A stretch of DNA of 58,678 nucleotides from Actinomycetes bacterium (GTDB taxonomy: Bacteria > Actinomycetota > CALGFH01), in assembly GCA_030146615.1 (NCBI GenBank), contig JASLBL010000245.1, positions 1 to 58,678 on the forward strand, read 5' to 3'. Below are positions 16,372 through 26,309 of the stretch, one piece after another (the first letter of the stretch is position 1; every line of letters begins with the position of its first letter). Under the pieces are notes generated by a model. The model saw only the letters and a program-made list of their open reading frames with translations, did not search any database and was not told where the DNA came from. The translations under genes and the position numbers were made by a program.

Positions 16372-17810
16372 GCGCCGCGGACGGCGGCGTCCAGGACCTC
16401 GGCGACGTGGGCCATGGCCAGGCGGCGGCCGCGGCGCTCGAGGGCGTTGCCGAGCTGGAGCAGGCAGCCGGGGTTGGAGGTGACCAGCAGGTCGGCCCCG
16501 GTGGCGAGCACGTTGGCGGCCTTGCGGTCGCCCAGTTCGGCCGCGGGCTCGGGCTCGACCAGGTTGTAGATGCCGGCCGAGCCGCAGCAGATCTCGGCCT
16601 CGGCGATCTCGCGCAGCTCCAGGCCGGGGATGGCCCGCAGGGCCGAGCGGGGCTGGGAGCGGATGCCCTGGGCGTGGCCCAGGTGGCAGGCGTCGTGCCA
16701 GGCGACCTTGATCGGCAGCGGATGCCGGGGGGCCACCGGGCCGAGCTCGACCAGCAGCTCGGACAGGTCGCGGACCCGTTCCGAGAACGCCTTGGCCCGC
16801 TCGGCGTAGGCCGCGTCGTCGCGGAGCAGGTGGCCGTACTCCTTCATGGCCGAGCCGCAGCCGGCCGCGTTGACCACCACCTGGTCGACCCCGGCGGCGT
16901 CGAAGGTGTCGATGGCCGCCCTGGCGAACGCCTGGGCCTCGGCCTCCCGGCCGGCATGCAGGCTGAGGGCGCCGCAGCAGCCCTGGCCGGCCGGGGCCAC
17001 GACCTCGCAGCCGTCGGCGGCCAGGACCCGGGCGGTGGCCGTGTTGACCTCGGGGAAGAAGACCCGCTGGACGCACCCGGTCAGCATCCCGACCCGCCGC
17101 CGTCGCGGGCCGGCCGGCGGGGTGACCTCGGGCACCGGCTCCAGGCGCCCGAGCCTCGGGGTGAGCCGCTCCATGGCCGACAGGCGCCGGGGCAGCCGGT
17201 CGAGCAGCCCGGCCCTCCTGGCCAGGGCGCCGAGGCGGGAACGCTGGTAGAGGCGCAGGGGCCCGCGGAGCAGGCGCAGCCGCCGCGGGTAGGGGAACAG
17301 CCGGAAGATCAGGGCCCGGAAGGCCCGGTCGCCGCGGGAGCGGGGGTAGCGGCGCTCGACCTGCTGGCGGGTGGCCTCGATCAGCTTGCCGTACTGGACC
17401 CCCGACGGGCAGGCGGTGACGCAGGCCATGCAGCCGAGGCACTGGTCGAAGTGGCGGACCATCTCGTCGTTCATGGCCTCGCCCTGGCGCCCGATCTCCA
17501 TCAGATAGATGCGGCCCCGGGGCGAGTCCATCTCCTCGCCCCAGAGCACGTAGGTCGGGCAGGTGGGCAGGCAGAAGCCGCAGTGGACGCAGTCGTCGAT
17601 CAGCTCCTGCTCGGGCGGGTGGTGGTCGTCGAAGGCGGGCAGCACGGCCACCCCGGCCTCGGGCCGCCCGGCCCCTTCGGTGGCCCGGTCCGCCTGGCCG
17701 GGGTCGGCCCCGACCTCGTCGGGCAGCCCCTCCGGCCCCCTGGCCCCGATCTGGGTCGCCGACGCCCGCTCGTGGGCCGGCTCGGGTCCGGTTCCGGTCT
17801 GCTCGGTCAT
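16341..17810 (-). CDS. glcF: glycolate oxidase iron-sulfur subunit
   Basis: ATG 17810 overlaps the glcE stop (ATGA). Two 4Fe-4S motifs: CVHCGFCLPTCPTY and CLGCMACVTACPSG. CCG-type Cys-rich C-terminal domains. Only the last 489 residues of ORF 16341..19679 are real. Confidence 0.85.
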   Translation of the reverse strand: MTEQTGTGPEPAHERASATQIGARGPEGLPDEVGADPGQADRATEGAGRPEAGVAVLPAFDDHHPPEQELIDDCVHCGFCLPTCPTYVLWGEEMDSPRGRIYLMEIGRQGEAMNDEMVRHFDQCLGCMACVTACPSGVQYGKLIEATRQQVERRYPRSRGDRAFRALIFRLFPYPRRLRLLRGPLRLYQRSRLGALARRAGLLDRLPRRLSAMERLTPRLGRLEPVPEVTPPAGPRRRRVGMLTGCVQRVFFPEVNTATARVLAADGCEVVAPAGQGCCGALSLHAGREAEAQAFARAAIDTFDAAGVDQVVVNAAGCGSAMKEYGHLLRDDAAYAERAKAFSERVRDLSELLVELGPVAPRHPLPIKVAWHDACHLGHAQGIRSQPRSALRAIPGLELREIAEAEICCGSAGIYNLVEPEPAAELGDRKAANVLATGADLLVTSNPGCLLQLGNALERRGRRLAMAHVAEVLDAAVRGATPASLLERR

Positions 17811-19102
17811 CAGATACCTCCCACGAACCGGCCGGGGCTCATCCGGCGGTCCGGGTCGAACCGCTCCTTGACCCGGCGCATCAGCCCGAGGGCGTCGCCG
17901 GGCGGACCCCAGACGTCGACCTGCCGCTTGAGGTGCGGCGGGGCCTTGACCACGACCAGGCTGCCTCCCCAGGGAGCCAGCCGCTCCCTGACGTCGGTGA
18001 CCGCTCGGGCCACATACGCGACCTCGGGGCCGTCGGCCAGGAGGTCTCCCTGACGGAAGCCGCTGGTCATCCAGAGGACGCCGGTCGCGGCGTGGGCGCT
18101 GCCCGACCCTATCCAGCGCCGCTCCCAGCTGCGCCGGTCGCCGCCCAGCACCTCGGTCAGGACTTCCGGCAGCTCGGCCGGCGGGAACGCGGCCTTGAGG
18201 GCGACCTCGGCCTTCTCGAACGGGCGCGCGCCGAGCTGGCTCAGGGCGGCGTCGGTCTGCCCCGGCCCGGCCACGGCCGCCTCCCCCACCTGGCCGAGCA
18301 GTTCGGCGGCGGCGGCCGCCTGGGCCTCCACGCCCGGCTGGATGCCCTCGAACACCACCGTGAGCCGGCCCGGCCAGCCCCACTCGTCCACCACCAGCTC
18401 GACGGCGCTCGGCTCCAGCGCGGAGCGTCCCAGCCGCTGCACCGCCCGGCCGGCCTGGGCGGGCTCCTCCACATCGAGGGTGACCACGGCCGCGGCCGTC
18501 GGCAACGGGTGCAGGCGGAAGATGACCTCGGCGATCATGCCCAGGGTGCCGAGCGACCCGCAGAACAGCTTGGCCAGGTCGTAGCCGGCGACGTTCTTGA
18601 CCACCTTGCCGCCGGCGTGGGCGACGGTGCCGTCGGCCAGCACCACAGTGATGCCGATGATCAGGTCGCGGACGGTGCCGTAGCGGAGCCGCCGGGGCCC
18701 GAAGGCGTTGGCCGCGACCACCCCGCCGACGGTGGCGCGGGGCTCGGGCGGGTCGAGGGCCAGCCACTGGCCGGCCGGGGCCAGGTGCTGCTGGAGGTCG
18801 GCCAGCCGGACCCCGGCCTGGGCCCGCACGACCAGGTCGCCGGCGGCGTGCTCCAGCACCTGGTCGAGCCGCTCGGTGGACACCAGCAGGTCGGCCCGCT
18901 CCGGGGGGTTGCCCAGCCCGAGCTTGCTGCCGCCGCCGGCGACGACGACGGCCAGGCCGTCGGCGGCCGCGGCCCGCAGCACCTGGCTGGCCTCCTCCAC
19001 CGACCCGGGACGGGCCACCATCGCCACCGGCACCCCGTCGACGGCCGTGCCCGGCGGGGCCGGCTGGACCAGGCCGCCGCGCTCCAGCTCCGTGGTGCCC
19101 AC
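17810..19102 (-). CDS. glcE: glycolate oxidase FAD-binding subunit
   Basis: GTG 19102 has GGAGG about 12 nt upstream and lies 2 nt after the glcD stop. FAD_binding_4-type sequence: VVVAGGGSKLGLG ... KNVAGYDLAKLFCGSLGTLG. Confidence 0.8.
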   Translation of the reverse strand: MGTTELERGGLVQPAPPGTAVDGVPVAMVARPGSVEEASQVLRAAAADGLAVVVAGGGSKLGLGNPPERADLLVSTERLDQVLEHAAGDLVVRAQAGVRLADLQQHLAPAGQWLALDPPEPRATVGGVVAANAFGPRRLRYGTVRDLIIGITVVLADGTVAHAGGKVVKNVAGYDLAKLFCGSLGTLGMIAEVIFRLHPLPTAAAVVTLDVEEPAQAGRAVQRLGRSALEPSAVELVVDEWGWPGRLTVVFEGIQPGVEAQAAAAAELLGQVGEAAVAGPGQTDAALSQLGARPFEKAEVALKAAFPPAELPEVLTEVLGGDRRSWERRWIGSGSAHAATGVLWMTSGFRQGDLLADGPEVAYVARAVTDVRERLAPWGGSLVVVKAPPHLKRQVDVWGPPGDALGLMRRVKERFDPDRRMSPGRFVGGI

Positions 19103-19104
19103 CC

Positions 19105-20562
19105 TCAGAACACCTCCGCCAGGCCGGCCTGCTCGACCGGGTGGACCCGGCGCGGGCCGGGCCGCTCGCCGCACAGCCGCGGGGTCGGGAACACCTTGCC
19201 CGGGTTGGCCCGGCCGTCGGGGTCGAAGGCGCAGCGCACCAGCTGCATGGCGTCCAGGTCGGCGGCGCTGAACTGCTTGGGCAGGTAGTGCTTCTTGTCG
19301 AAGCCGACGCCGTGCTCGCCGGTGATCGAGCCGCCCTCGTCGAGGCAGGCGTACAGGATCTCGGCCGCCAGCTCCTCGGCCCGCTGCTCCTGGCCCTCGA
19401 CGTCGCCGTCGTAGAGCACCAGCGGGTGCAGGTTGCCGTCCCCGGCGTGGAAGACGTTCGCCACCCGCAGCCCGCGCTCGTCGGCCAGCTCGCTGATCCG
19501 GCGCAGGACCCCGGGCAGGGCGGTCCGGGGGATGACCCCGTCCTGGACGTAGTAGTCGGGGCTGATCCGCCCGACGGCGGCAAAGGCCGACTTGCGGCCC
19601 TTCCAGAACAGGGCCCGCTGGTCCTCGTCCTCGGCGATCTGGATGGTGGTCGAGCCGGCCTCCTGGCAGAGTCGCTCAACCTCGTCGAACTGGTGGGCGA
19701 CCTCGGCCTCGGGCCCGTCCAGCTCCACCACCAGCACCGCCCCGGCCCCCTCGGGGTAGTTGACGTGCACGGCCGCCTCGGCCGCCTCCATGGCCAGGGC
19801 GTCCATCATCTCGATGGCCGCCGGGACGATCCCGGCCCCGATGATCTTCGACACGGCGTCGCCGGCGTGGTCGGTGCTCTCGAAGGCGGCCAGCAGAGTC
19901 CGGACCGCCTCGGGCTTGCGCAGCAGCCGCAGGGTCACCTTGGTGGCGATGCCGAGGGTGCCCTCGCTGCCCACGAAGGCGCCGAGCAGGTCGTAGCCCG
20001 GCGGGTCGGGCGCCTTGCCGCCCCCCAGGTGGACCAGCTCGCCGTCAGGCAGGACGACCTCGAGGCCGGTGACGTGGTTGGTGGTGAACCCGTACTTGAG
20101 GCAGTGGGCGCCGCCCGAGTTCTCGGCCACGTTGCCGCCGATGGAGCAGACCTGCTGGCTGGAGGGGTCGGGGGCATAGTAGAAGCCGTCGCCGGCCACC
20201 TCTTTGGTGACCTGGAGGTTCAGCACCCCCGGCTCGACCACGGCCCGCTGGTTGTCCAGGTCGACCTCGAGGATGCGGCGCATCCGGGCGAGCACGATCA
20301 GCACCCCGTCCGACACCGGCAGGGCCCCGCCGGACAGGCCGGTGCCCGACCCGCGGGCCACGAACGGCACCCCGGCCTCGAAGCAGGCCCGCACTGCCCC
20401 CTGGGCCTGCTCGGCCGTCTCCGGGAGCACGACCACGCTGGGAATGACCCGGAAGTTGGCCAGGCCGTCGCACTCGTAGGTGCGCAGCTGGTTGCGCTCG
20501 GAGATCACCCCCTGGGGGCCGGTGATCGTCTCCAGCCGGCGGATGAGGGCTTCCCGGTCCAT
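19105..20562 (-). CDS. glcD: glycolate oxidase / FAD-linked oxidase subunit
   Basis: 485 aa. Blocks: VPFVARGSGTGLSGGA, KNSGGAHCLKYG-type, GSITGEHGVGFDK. Confidence 0.85.
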   Translation of the reverse strand: MDREALIRRLETITGPQGVISERNQLRTYECDGLANFRVIPSVVVLPETAEQAQGAVRACFEAGVPFVARGSGTGLSGGALPVSDGVLIVLARMRRILEVDLDNQRAVVEPGVLNLQVTKEVAGDGFYYAPDPSSQQVCSIGGNVAENSGGAHCLKYGFTTNHVTGLEVVLPDGELVHLGGGKAPDPPGYDLLGAFVGSEGTLGIATKVTLRLLRKPEAVRTLLAAFESTDHAGDAVSKIIGAGIVPAAIEMMDALAMEAAEAAVHVNYPEGAGAVLVVELDGPEAEVAHQFDEVERLCQEAGSTTIQIAEDEDQRALFWKGRKSAFAAVGRISPDYYVQDGVIPRTALPGVLRRISELADERGLRVANVFHAGDGNLHPLVLYDGDVEGQEQRAEELAAEILYACLDEGGSITGEHGVGFDKKHYLPKQFSAADLDAMQLVRCAFDPDGRANPGKVFPTPRLCGERPGPRRVHPVEQAGLAEVF

Positions 20563-20581
20563 CTCGCCCTCCTGTGGGAGG

Positions 20582-22177
20582 TCAGTCCAGCTGCTCGTAG
20601 GCGGGGATGGTCAGGAACTCGATGAACTCGTCGGCCAGGGCGACCTGCTCGAACAGGGCCCGTGACTGGTCGGGGCGGCCCTGGGAGTAGAAGAAGTCGT
20701 CCCCGACCTGCTCGCGGATCTTCTCCAGCTCCTCGGTGGCGGTCTGGCGGACCAGGTCGGCGGTGACCGTCTGGCCCTCGGCCAGCTTGACGCTGTTGTG
20801 GACCCACTGCCAGACCTGGCTGCGGGAGATCTCGGCCGTGGCCGCGTCCTCCATGAGGTTGAAGATCGGGGCCGCGCCCTGGCCGCGCAGCCAGGAGGAG
20901 ATGTACTGGATACCGACGTTGACGTTGTTGCGCAGGCCCTCCTCGGTCGCCTCCCCGGGGGTGGAGGCGATGTCGAGCAGCTCGGCCTGGCCGACCTGGA
21001 CGTCGTCGCGCTGGCGCCCGATCTGGTTGGGCCGCTCCCCCAGCACGGCGTCGAACACCTCCATGGCCACCGGGACCAGGTCGGGGTGGGCGACCCAGGT
21101 GCCGTCGAAGCCGTCGCCGGCCTCGCGCTGCTTGTCCTCGCGGACCTTGGCCACGGCCTGCTCGTTGATCTCGGGCCGCTTGCGGCTGGGGATGAAGGCC
21201 GACATGCCGCCCATGGCGAACGCCCCCCGGCGGTGGCAGGTCTTGACCAGAAGCTGGGTGTAGGCGCGCATGAACGGCACCGTCATGGTGACCTTGTTGC
21301 GGTCGGGCAGGGTGAACTCGGGCCGGTTCCGGAACTTCTTGATGACCGAGAACATGTAGTCCCAGCGGCCGGCGTTCAGCCCGGCCGAGTGGTCGCGCAG
21401 CTCGTACAGGATCTCGTCCATCTCGAAGGCGGCGGTGATCGTCTCGATCAGCACCGTCGCCTTGATGGTGCCGCGCGGGATGCCGAGGCGGTCCGAGGCC
21501 AGCTGGAAGGCGTCGTTCCACAGCCGCGCCTCCAGGTGGCTCTCCAGCTTGGGCAGGTACAGGAAGACGCCCTCGTCCCGCTCGAGCAGCCGCCGGGCCC
21601 CGTGGAACATGAACAGCCCGAAGTCGGCCAGGCTGGCCGAGACCGGCCGCCCGTCCACGGTGATGTGCTTCTCGGGCAGGTGCCAGCCCCGCGGCCGCGG
21701 CATCAGGGTCGCGGTCTCCTCGTTCAGGCGGTACCGGCGGCCGTCGGGGCTCTCGAAGCTGATCGTGCCCTCGATGGCGTCGATCAGGTTCTGCTGGCCG
21801 CCGAACATGTTCTCCCAGGTCGGGGAGTTGGCGTCCTCGAAGTCGGCCATGAACACCCTGGCCCCGGAGTTGAGGGCGTTGATCAGCATCTTGCGGTCGG
21901 TCGGGCCGGTGATCTCGACCCGCCGGTCGGCGAGGCGCTCCACCGGCGCCACCCGCCAGTCGCCCGCGCGCACCGACGCCGTCTCGGGGAGGAAGTCGGG
22001 CAGCTCGCCGGCATCGAAGCTGGCCTGGCGGTCGCCCCGCCCTGCCAGCAGCGCCTCCCGGGGCGGGCCCAGCTCCCGCTGGAGCTCGGCCACCAGCCCG
22101 AGGGCCTCGTCGCTCAGGACGTCCGGGTACTTGTCGCGTGCCGGCCCGTGGACCTCGACGCCGCCGGGGGATGCCAT
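20582..22177 (-). CDS. aceB: malate synthase A
   Basis: 531 aa. Blocks: [80 protein letters not shown]. Confidence 0.9.
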   Translation of the reverse strand: MASPGGVEVHGPARDKYPDVLSDEALGLVAELQRELGPPREALLAGRGDRQASFDAGELPDFLPETASVRAGDWRVAPVERLADRRVEITGPTDRKMLINALNSGARVFMADFEDANSPTWENMFGGQQNLIDAIEGTISFESPDGRRYRLNEETATLMPRPRGWHLPEKHITVDGRPVSASLADFGLFMFHGARRLLERDEGVFLYLPKLESHLEARLWNDAFQLASDRLGIPRGTIKATVLIETITAAFEMDEILYELRDHSAGLNAGRWDYMFSVIKKFRNRPEFTLPDRNKVTMTVPFMRAYTQLLVKTCHRRGAFAMGGMSAFIPSRKRPEINEQAVAKVREDKQREAGDGFDGTWVAHPDLVPVAMEVFDAVLGERPNQIGRQRDDVQVGQAELLDIASTPGEATEEGLRNNVNVGIQYISSWLRGQGAAPIFNLMEDAATAEISRSQVWQWVHNSVKLAEGQTVTADLVRQTATEELEKIREQVGDDFFYSQGRPDQSRALFEQVALADEFIEFLTIPAYEQLD

Positions 22178-22228
22178 CGGCCAGACCTCCGTCGCTCAAT
22201 GGGTGGTCCTGCACCTATGCCCATTGTG

Positions 22229-22849
22229 TCAGGGGGCTAGGCGCTCGATCTTCCAGCTGTCACCGGCCCGGCGGTAGCGGAGCCGGTCGTGCAGGCGGTT
22301 GGGGCGGCCCTGCCAGAACTCGACCACCTCGTGGGCCAGACGGAAGCCGCCCCAGAAGTCGGGCAGGGGCACCTGGCCGTCCTGGTGGCCGGCGGCCAGC
22401 TCGGCGACCCGCCGCTCCAGGGCGGCCCGGCCGTCGATCACCCGGCTCTGGGGCGAGGCGGCCGCGCTCAGCTGGCTGCCGGGCGGGCGGGAGTGGAAGT
22501 AGGCCTCGCTCTCCTGGCGGGTGGTGGGCCCGACCGGGCCCTCGATCCGGACCTGGCGCTCCAGCTCGCCCCACCAGAACACCAGCGCCGCCCGCGGGTT
22601 GGCGGCCAGCTCGGCCCCCTTGCGACTCTCGTAGTTGGTGTAGAAGCAGAAGCCGCGCTCGTCGAACCCGCGCAGCAGCACCATGCGGGCCGACGGCCGG
22701 CCATCCGGGGTCGCGGTGGCCAGGGTCATGGCGGTCGGCTCGAGCAGGCCGGCCTCCTCGGCCTGCTCGAACCAGCGCCGGAACTGGGCCACCGGGTCGG
22801 CGTCGACGTCGGCCTCGGTCAGCGCCTCCCTGGTGTACTCCCTTCGCAT
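22229..22849 (-). CDS. pdxH: pyridoxamine 5'-phosphate oxidase
   Basis: 206 aa. Blocks: PSARMVLLRGFDERGFCFYTNYESRKG, RIEG, FWQGRPNRLHDRLRY. Confidence 0.9.
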   Translation of the reverse strand: MRREYTREALTEADVDADPVAQFRRWFEQAEEAGLLEPTAMTLATATPDGRPSARMVLLRGFDERGFCFYTNYESRKGAELAANPRAALVFWWGELERQVRIEGPVGPTTRQESEAYFHSRPPGSQLSAAASPQSRVIDGRAALERRVAELAAGHQDGQVPLPDFWGGFRLAHEVVEFWQGRPNRLHDRLRYRRAGDSWKIERLAP

Positions 22850-22860
22850 ACCTCCGAACG

Positions 22861-25407
22861 CTACTCCGTGGTGATCGCCCGGAGCACGTCGATCCTGGCC
22901 GCCCGGCGCCCGGGCAGGACGGCGGCCAGGATGCCGGCGATGGCGGCGGCGAGCACGAACCCGACCAGCTGCCCACCCGGCACGGTGAACTCGCTGATGC
23001 CCTGGCTGGACAGGGCCCGCACGATCGTCCAGCCGAAGAACACGCCCACGGCCAGCCCGAGCACGGCCCCGAGGACGGCGATGATCACCGCCTCCCAGCG
23101 GATCATCGAGCGCAGCTGGCGGCGGGTCGCCCCGACCGCCCGGAGCAGGCCGAGCTCGCGGATGCGCTCGAAGATCGAGAGGCCGAGCGTGTTCACGATG
23201 CCGAACAGGGCGATCAGGATGGCCAGCCCGAGCAGCGAGTAGAACAGGTTGATGATCTGGTCGATCTGCCTGGCCTGCTCGTCGCGGAACTCGGCCTGGT
23301 CGCGGACGGTGACGTTCGGGAAGGCGGCCATGACCCGGTCGACCGCGGCCCGCGAGTCGGCCGGGGCGACCCCGGGGGCGGCCTTGACCAGGATCTGGCT
23401 GTCGGCCTGGTCGGCGTAGGCGCGCTCGTAGGTGGTCAGGCCGAGCAGGAAGTCGCCGTTGAGGCTGTTGTCCTTGTACAGCGCCTTGACCGGCACCTGC
23501 TCGACCCCGGCGCGGGGGAACTCCATGGCCACGTTCTCGCCCACCGTCCAGCCGTTGGCCTCGGCCACGGTGTCCTTCACGGCCAGGCCGCCCGAGGTCA
23601 GGTCGCCGAAGTTGCCCGAGGTGACCTCGGTGCGGACGACCTGCTGGTAGGCGACCGGGTCGACGCCGGCGAGGGACTTGCCGGCCCCGTTGAGCTTCCA
23701 GGGGCCGAAGCGCATCCCGGCCACCGCCGCCAGCTGCGGCTGCTCGGCCAGACGCTCGGCGGCCTCGGGGCTGAACGGCTGGAAGTTGTCGTTCATCAGG
23801 ATGTAGTCGGCCGAGACGCTGTCCTCCAGGATCGCGGTGGTCGAGGCCTTGATCGAGGCGGCGAAGATGCTGACGAAGGACACCAGGGCCAGCCCGATCA
23901 TCAGGGCGGCCGCGGTCGAGGCGGTCCGCCGCGGGTTACGCATGGCGTTCTCCCGGGCCAGGTTCCCCGGCAGCCGGAACGCCTTGGCGAACGGCCAGCC
24001 GATGACCCGGGCCAGCGGACGCGCGATCAGCGGGCTCAGGACGGCCACGCCGAAGAACACCACCACCGCACCCGAGGCGACGTTGACCAGCTGGTTGCCC
24101 TCGGAGCGGAACAGGCCAGCCAGCAGCAGGGCCACCCCGATGGCGGTGACCAGCACGCCGAGGACGATCCGGCGCATGCGGAAGCCCGTGGGGGCGAACG
24201 CCGTCTCGGGCTGGAGGGCGGCGACCGGCGGCACCCGGGTCGCCTTGCGGGCCGGCAGCACCGCCGCCAGGACGGTGACGACGATGCCGACCAGCAGCGA
24301 CACGATCACCGTGCGGAGCTGGAACTGGATGCCGGTGGCGGGGATGTCGGCGCCGAGGAAGGTGCTCAGCAGGGCGCGCAGGCCGCCGGCGATCAGCACC
24401 CCGAGGCCGAGGCCGACCAGCGAGGCGACGATCGCGACGATCAGCGACTCGACCAGCACCGAGTTCATCACCTGGCGGCGGCTGGCCCCCAGGCAGCGCA
24501 GCAGGGCCAGCTCGCGGGTGCGCTGGGCGACGATGATGGTGAAGGTGTTGAAGATCAGGAACGCGCCCACCAGCAGGGCCACGAAGGCGAAGGCCAGCAG
24601 CGCCGTGCCCAGGAACCGCCCGATGGTGTCGTTGATGGCGGCGGCCTGGTCGGCGGCCAGCTCCTCACCGGTGAGCACCTCGTAGCGGGGGTCGACGGCG
24701 GCCCGGATGCGGTCGCGCAGCTGCTCGGGGGTGACGCCGGGCTCGGCGGCGACGTCGATCTCATCGAAGCGGCCCTCGCGGTTCATCACCTCCTGGGCGG
24801 TGGCCAGGTCGAAGCCGACCAGGCGGGCCCCGCCGAGGTTGTCGGCCTCGCCGAAGCCGATGACGCCGCTGACCGTGAAGTCCCGGGCCGGGCCCTGGAA
24901 CAGCACCTTGGCCCGGTCACCGACCTGGTAGCCGGTGTCCTCAGCCGTCTTGGCGTCGATGGCCATCTCGGTCGGCCCGCTCGGCAGGCGCCCGGAGCGG
25001 ACGGTCGAGCCGGCCGTGAACTGGGTGTCCTGGTTGAACGACACGCCGAGGCTGGGCGCGCCGCCGGTGGTCACCGCCTTGCCGTCCTTGCCGACGAGCT
25101 GGGCGTAGCCGGTGACGTTGCCCTCGGCCACCCTGACCCCGTCCACGGCCTTGACCCGCTCCAGGAGGGAGGCCGGCATGGGGTCGCGGACCTCGCCGGT
25201 CTCGAAGCCGCCGAAGGTCTCCTCGGAGCGGACGGCGACGTCGATGCCCTGGGTGACCTGCTTGAACAGGGAGTCGAAGCTGGCCGTGATGGTATCGGTG
25301 AGCACGTAGGTGCCGGACACGAAGCTGACCCCGAGCACGATGGCCAGGGCGGTCGCGGCCAGCCGGAGCTTGTGGGCCATGAGGCCCTTGAGCGTTGCCT
25401 TGCCCAT
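22861..25407 (-). CDS. ABC transporter permease with duplicated FtsX/MacB-type modules
   Basis: 848 aa. Two copies of the pattern large extracytoplasmic loop followed by a 3-TM FtsX module (RTRELALLRCLGASRRQV and RIRELGLLRAVGATRRQL). Confidence 0.85.
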   Translation of the reverse strand: MGKATLKGLMAHKLRLAATALAIVLGVSFVSGTYVLTDTITASFDSLFKQVTQGIDVAVRSEETFGGFETGEVRDPMPASLLERVKAVDGVRVAEGNVTGYAQLVGKDGKAVTTGGAPSLGVSFNQDTQFTAGSTVRSGRLPSGPTEMAIDAKTAEDTGYQVGDRAKVLFQGPARDFTVSGVIGFGEADNLGGARLVGFDLATAQEVMNREGRFDEIDVAAEPGVTPEQLRDRIRAAVDPRYEVLTGEELAADQAAAINDTIGRFLGTALLAFAFVALLVGAFLIFNTFTIIVAQRTRELALLRCLGASRRQVMNSVLVESLIVAIVASLVGLGLGVLIAGGLRALLSTFLGADIPATGIQFQLRTVIVSLLVGIVVTVLAAVLPARKATRVPPVAALQPETAFAPTGFRMRRIVLGVLVTAIGVALLLAGLFRSEGNQLVNVASGAVVVFFGVAVLSPLIARPLARVIGWPFAKAFRLPGNLARENAMRNPRRTASTAAALMIGLALVSFVSIFAASIKASTTAILEDSVSADYILMNDNFQPFSPEAAERLAEQPQLAAVAGMRFGPWKLNGAGKSLAGVDPVAYQQVVRTEVTSGNFGDLTSGGLAVKDTVAEANGWTVGENVAMEFPRAGVEQVPVKALYKDNSLNGDFLLGLTTYERAYADQADSQILVKAAPGVAPADSRAAVDRVMAAFPNVTVRDQAEFRDEQARQIDQIINLFYSLLGLAILIALFGIVNTLGLSIFERIRELGLLRAVGATRRQLRSMIRWEAVIIAVLGAVLGLAVGVFFGWTIVRALSSQGISEFTVPGGQLVGFVLAAAIAGILAAVLPGRRAARIDVLRAITTE

Positions 25408-25415
25408 TGCCGCCG

Positions 25416-26174
25416 TCAGCCTCCCAGCTTCTTCATCAGGTCGAGCACCTTCTCGGCGGTCGGGTTGGCCATCTCGTCGACGATGCGGCCGTCGACCAGG
25501 AACAGCACGTGGTCGGAGAAGGCGGCCGAGTTCGGGTCGTGGGTGACCATCACGATGGTCTGGCCGTACTCGTCGACCGAGCGGCGCATGAAGCCGAGCA
25601 GCTCGGTGCCGGAGGCCGAGTCGAGGTTGCCGGTGGGCTCGTCGGCGAACACGATCGCCGGCTTGGAGGCCAGCGCCCGGGCCGCGGCCACCCGCTGCTG
25701 CTGGCCGCCGGACAGCTCGGCCGGCTTGTGGCTCAGCCGCTCACGCAACCCGACGGCGTCGATCACCCGGTCGACCCAGGCCCGGTCGGGCTTGCGGCCG
25801 GCGATGGCCAGGGGCAGCTCGACGTTCTCGGCCGCGGTCAGGGTCGGGAGCAGGTTGAAGGCCTGGAACACGAAGCCGACCTTGTCCCGGCGGAGCAGGG
25901 TCAGCTGCTTCTCGGACAGCTTGCTGAGCTCGACGTCGCCGATGAAGATCTGCCCGGAGGTGATCCGGTCCAGCCCGGCCAGACAATGCATCAAGGTCGA
26001 CTTGCCGGAACCGGACGGGCCCATGATGGCGGTGAAGCGGCCGCTCGGGAACTCGACCGAGACGTTGTCGAGCGCGCGGACCTCGGTCTGGCCCTGGCCG
26101 TAGATCTTGGTCGCCTGGACGGCCCGCGCGGCCAGCGTCTCGGTGGTGTCGCCGGGCACGGTGGCAGCTGACAT
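25416..26174 (-). CDS. ABC transporter ATP-binding protein (MacB/LolD type)
   Basis: Walker A GPSGSGKST, signature LSGGQQQRVAAARAL, Walker B IVFADEPTGNLD. Confidence 0.9.
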   Translation of the reverse strand: MSAATVPGDTTETLAARAVQATKIYGQGQTEVRALDNVSVEFPSGRFTAIMGPSGSGKSTLMHCLAGLDRITSGQIFIGDVELSKLSEKQLTLLRRDKVGFVFQAFNLLPTLTAAENVELPLAIAGRKPDRAWVDRVIDAVGLRERLSHKPAELSGGQQQRVAAARALASKPAIVFADEPTGNLDSASGTELLGFMRRSVDEYGQTIVMVTHDPNSAAFSDHVLFLVDGRIVDEMANPTAEKVLDLMKKLGG

Positions 26175-26309
26175 GGGATGGCTCCCCTTCTCTCTTCCTC
26201 GTCTTTGCTTGCTTTCGTCGCGAGCCTACGCGACCGCGCAAGCGGATTCGTCGGCCACGACGCCGATTCCGCTCTCCACCTTTCGGAGGATGCTGGCATC
26301 ATCCGGGTC

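Noticed and set aside
22138-26103. 1,321-aa plus-strand ORF
   Set aside because: It is antisense to pdxH and the ABC permease/ATPase genes. Its composition is dominated by R, G, P, A, D, with no motifs. The opposite strand carries clear Walker/FtsX/PdxH signatures.
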